NCBI GenBank assembly: GCA_963701665.1
Contig: OY969622.1
Coordinates: 352,001-416,000 of the forward strand
DNA: 64,000 nt
Direction: 5' to 3'
DNA from: Candidatus Babeliales bacterium
Lineage (GTDB): Bacteria; Babelota; Babeliae; Babelales; JANWKD01
Both the position numbers and the translations under genes were made by a program. The notes under the pieces are model-generated. The model made no database searches. It had not been told where the DNA came from and saw only the letters and a program-made list of their open reading frames with translations. Of this stretch, positions 60,997 to 64,000 are shown in pieces. How positions within the stretch are numbered: the stretch's first letter is position 1; every line of letters starts with the position of its first letter.

Positions 60997-61665
60997 ATGA
61001 TAAAAGCTTCAAAAATAGTTATTATGTTGTTTTTCATTTCAATCAACGCTTTAACATCAATGGAGAATAGTAAGAAAGATATTTTAGGCGTTACTATTAA
61101 GATTGGAAAAAAAGGAAGACAAAGAAAACAATCAGTATTGCGTTTCAATGATCCAACAATTCCAGCTGCCCAGAAATGTTTTGAATGCAAGCTTGGCTTT
61201 AAAAGAGGTGGAAAACAGCACCACATGACGTCGATACATAATGCCCCTTCACGGATCTTTCAACAACAAAAGCAATCTAAAATTGTTTCTTGCGTGTGCG
61301 AGAAATGCGGTAAAGATTTTAGCAGGAAAGCAAAAGCCCATGCATTATTTCACGATGAAAACATTGCAGATGATCTCAAATGTTTTCCTTGTGAGCTGGG
61401 TTACCTGTATATGAGCGGAATGAAAATGCATAATGATTACCATCATGAGTCGAATTATTTTTGTGATTTGTGCGATCATAGAATGTTGGGAAATAGGGCT
61501 GATGCTCATAAACTTTTTCATGATGTAAGCATACCTGATGACCAAAAGTGTACAGAACACAGATTAGGATTTAGTACTAAAAATAGGTATAACAAGCATG
61601 TAAATGCACATGTCGTCGTTGCATTAGAGGAAGCAAACGCATTTGTAGCTGCGGTTTTAAATTAA
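60997..61665 (+). CDS. Secreted multi-C2H2 zinc-finger protein
   Basis: About five CxxC(H)..H..H units; signal peptide; basic KKGRQRK patch. Confidence 0.8.
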   Translation: MIKASKIVIMLFFISINALTSMENSKKDILGVTIKIGKKGRQRKQSVLRFNDPTIPAAQKCFECKLGFKRGGKQHHMTSIHNAPSRIFQQQKQSKIVSCVCEKCGKDFSRKAKAHALFHDENIADDLKCFPCELGYLYMSGMKMHNDYHHESNYFCDLCDHRMLGNRADAHKLFHDVSIPDDQKCTEHRLGFSTKNRYNKHVNAHVVVALEEANAFVAAVLN

Positions 61666-61678
61666 GTATAGCTAAATA

Positions 61679-62272
61679 TTAGGTGTTTACATCCGAAACG
61701 AGTGCTTTGTTTGCTGCATACATGAAAAGATCTCCAAAAATTTCCGAGGGCGAGACCATCAATGTTTTGATAGGTAAGGCGAGCGGTCTTCCTGAAGGGT
61801 CAACGAGCGCTTTGTTTTTAATAAGATCGGTGATTGAGGTTTCCTTAGTAAGAATAATGTCTTTACCGATTGTTTTTCCATTGAGCAACGTAACGCCATT
61901 GCCAGGAACAATAAAGTAACCATTTTTTGTTTTAACTATCTGATAATATTTTTCTTGAAAAGTAAGATTTGTTTTAACATAAGGGCCTTGCCAATGTTTG
62001 GGGAACTTTAAATTCATGGGCCCAACTTCAGATCCCTCAAATGAAATAACATTTAAAAAATCAATATTAATGCGATCGCCTTGAAAATCAACGATGCCGC
62101 ACGTTTCATTAATTTTTTCAAAGATTGATGCTAAGGTGGCAATGTCATTTGACATTACTTGTGTAGGAAATAGGCGTGCTTGATACCAATACGCAAGTAG
62201 AGTAATCAGAAACATAAACCCTAATAGTGTTCCTGAAATAACGGTATATGAAGGCTTCATTACATTTTTCAT
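61679..62272 (-). CDS. Hypothetical membrane-anchored protein (possibly pseudopilin-like)
   Basis: Single N-terminal TM; WQGPY motif. Confidence 0.6.
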   Translation of the reverse strand: MKNVMKPSYTVISGTLLGFMFLITLLAYWYQARLFPTQVMSNDIATLASIFEKINETCGIVDFQGDRINIDFLNVISFEGSEVGPMNLKFPKHWQGPYVKTNLTFQEKYYQIVKTKNGYFIVPGNGVTLLNGKTIGKDIILTKETSITDLIKNKALVDPSGRPLALPIKTLMVSPSEIFGDLFMYAANKALVSDVNT

Positions 62273-62348
62273 GTATTTCCTTTTTTGCTAGGGTATCTTT
62301 TTTCAATGTAGCAAAGTCCCCTATAAAAAAGGAAGTAACTAAAGGGTT

Positions 62349-63353
62349 TTATGAAAAGTAATGGAGGTGCATAGCCGTTTTTACTTGTGCAAGTGTTTGC
62401 TCTGTTACTTGATCCGCTCGTTCGGTTCCCTTCTTTAACATATCAAGAACATACGCGCGGTCTTTTTCAAATTTTTTACGGCGTTCTTGGATAGGTTTTA
62501 AAAACGCATCCAATACTTCCGTCAATCTCTTTTTGAGAACCATGTCGCCAAGGCCCCCGCGTTGATACTGTTCTTTTAATGTTTCAACGGCTGCTTTATC
62601 GGGATCAAACGCATCTAAATATGAAAAGACTACATTGCCTTCTATGCTACCCGGATCGCTTACCTTTACATGAAGAGGATCGGTATACATCTGTTTGACT
62701 TTTTGCTGCACAATGTCGGGTGTATCGGATAAATATAATGCATTACCTAATGATTTGCTCATTTTTGCTTTACCATCGATTCCTGGTAAGCGTGCAATTT
62801 TTGGTACTACAGCTTTTGCTTCAACAAGAACATCAGTCTTATAAATGCGATTAAAGCTGCGTACTATTTCATTGGTTTGTTCGATCATAGGTATTTGATC
62901 TTCGCCAACGGGCACGATTGATGCTTTGAACGCGGTAATATCGGCAGCTTGGCTTACGGGATACATTAAAAAGCCTGCTGGTAAATGCTCTTCAAGACCT
63001 TTTTGATGAATTTCTGTTTTTACCGTTGGATTGCGGCGTAAACGATTTACCGTAACTAAGTTGAGATAATATAATGTTAATTCTGGTAATGCGGGTAACA
63101 TTGATTGAATGAAAATCGTGCTTATTGTTGGATCAATACCAACGGCAAGATAATCAAGCGCAACTTGAAAGACGGCATCATGAATTTTCTCAGGATGTTC
63201 GTAATTATCAGTGAGTGCTTGCGCATCCGCGATCATAATGTATTGGATATGATCCTTTTGTAAGGCAACACGGTTAGCTAATGAGCCGACGTAATGGCCA
63301 AGATGGAGTGGGCCTGTTGGCCTGTCTCCCGTTAAAATAATTGGTTTTTGCAT
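62349..63353 (-). CDS. trpS: Tryptophan--tRNA ligase
   Basis: TGDRPTG..HLGH, VPVGEDQ, KMSKS. Confidence 0.97.
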   Translation of the reverse strand: MQKPIILTGDRPTGPLHLGHYVGSLANRVALQKDHIQYIMIADAQALTDNYEHPEKIHDAVFQVALDYLAVGIDPTISTIFIQSMLPALPELTLYYLNLVTVNRLRRNPTVKTEIHQKGLEEHLPAGFLMYPVSQAADITAFKASIVPVGEDQIPMIEQTNEIVRSFNRIYKTDVLVEAKAVVPKIARLPGIDGKAKMSKSLGNALYLSDTPDIVQQKVKQMYTDPLHVKVSDPGSIEGNVVFSYLDAFDPDKAAVETLKEQYQRGGLGDMVLKKRLTEVLDAFLKPIQERRKKFEKDRAYVLDMLKKGTERADQVTEQTLAQVKTAMHLHYFS

Positions 63354-63587
63354 ATTTTTTTTATTTCGTTCTAAACTTTTGAATACTTTTATAGAAGCTT
63401 ATCCGAAAATTTTAAAATCATAAAATTAGTTATGAACTTTAATATATTCTTATTACTTTTTTCTTTGTACCTCTTCATTTTGACTTACGCAGTCGTGCGG
63501 TCCTCATGCCGGACAGGCACAAGGTATTTTGCGCGCCCAAAATACCTTGAACAAAAGGGCGCCAACGTTCCGTTGGATCTTTCTCCC

Positions 63588-63642
63588 GCGCGACAAGCTC
63601 AAAATCATGATGCGCAGCATCATGATTTTGAGCTTGTCGCGC
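63588..63642. repeat. Perfect 26-bp inverted repeat
   Basis: GCGCGACAAGCTCAAAATCATGATGC-GCA-GCATCATGATTTTGAGCTTGTCGCGC. Confidence 0.95.
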
Positions 63643-63891
63643 TAGAGGACTATTATTTAATAGTTATTCTTGCATAACATTTGGACATTGCATCCAAGTT
63701 GTCATTGCGAGCCCTATTAAGGGCGTGGCAACCCAGATTATAAAATTAGTCCATTATAAGCACAACATGTTGGAGATCTTGTCACATGTTAGTGTGCAAG
63801 GTCGACTTGTTTGCGTTAGGGTGATAAATAAGAGGCTTGCCCTCTTATTTGCCCTTGTATCCAATGTATTGGGCACGCAATACATTGGCGT

Positions 63892-63941
63892 ATCCTACGT
63901 AGCTTGCCAAGCCGGAAGGCGTGGATAAGCGTAGGAGGATG
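63892..63941 (+). repeat. REP-like hairpin sharing 34 identical nt with 19570-19603
   Basis: CGTAGCTTGCCAAGCCGGAAGGCGTGGATAAGCG at 63898-63931. Confidence 0.85.
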
Positions 63942-64000
63942 CTGCCCGCACAGGGCCGCATACCTTGCGAAAGGTCAAAAAATAGATTTTAGTAAGATGT

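Noticed and set aside
63360..63700. T-box riboswitch for trpS
   Set aside because: No GGTGGNACCGCG T-box consensus on the minus strand.
63432..63928. ORFs 63432-63677 and 63725-63928
   Set aside because: They run through palindromic repeats, lack a clear RBS and have no recognisable protein features.

Overview
AT-rich bacterial chromosome window. The 16S sequence and the many signal-peptide-bearing, eukaryote-like proteins fit a protist endosymbiont of Candidatus Dependentiae (Babelota/TM6); this placement is an inference. In order, the window contains: (1) the right end of an integrated element (gene II/X-type Rep, Fic, RelE-like toxin-antitoxin pair, repeat-flanked cargo gene, large serine recombinase) ending in tRNA-Arg(TCT); (2) a divergent rpmH and a partial atp operon (atpE-F'-F-H-A, with atpG 27 kb away); (3) an OPT transporter, an ankyrin protein and prfB; (4) a full rrn operon (16S-Ile-Ala-23S-5S); (5) a five-gene methyltransferase/glycosyltransferase operon in which every enzyme has an export-type N-terminus; (6) a giant CPBP protease, radA, murA and tsaE; (7) the tRNA/rpmG-secE-nusG-rplKAJL-rpoBC cluster, with six frameshifts in rpoB/rpoC that are probably assembly errors; (8) rpsO-pnp-rph-holA; (9) a Skp1/WD40 plus C2H2 zinc-finger effector-like island; (10) trpS and a hairpin-rich non-coding end. 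The most notable signals are the apparently exported glycosylation operon, a recurrent signal peptide followed by Met-[E/D/Q] in putative effectors, secreted C2H2/Skp1/CDK-inhibitor-like mimics, a structured repeat family directly after tRNA 3' ends, and a ~106-bp direct repeat flanking the element's cargo gene.
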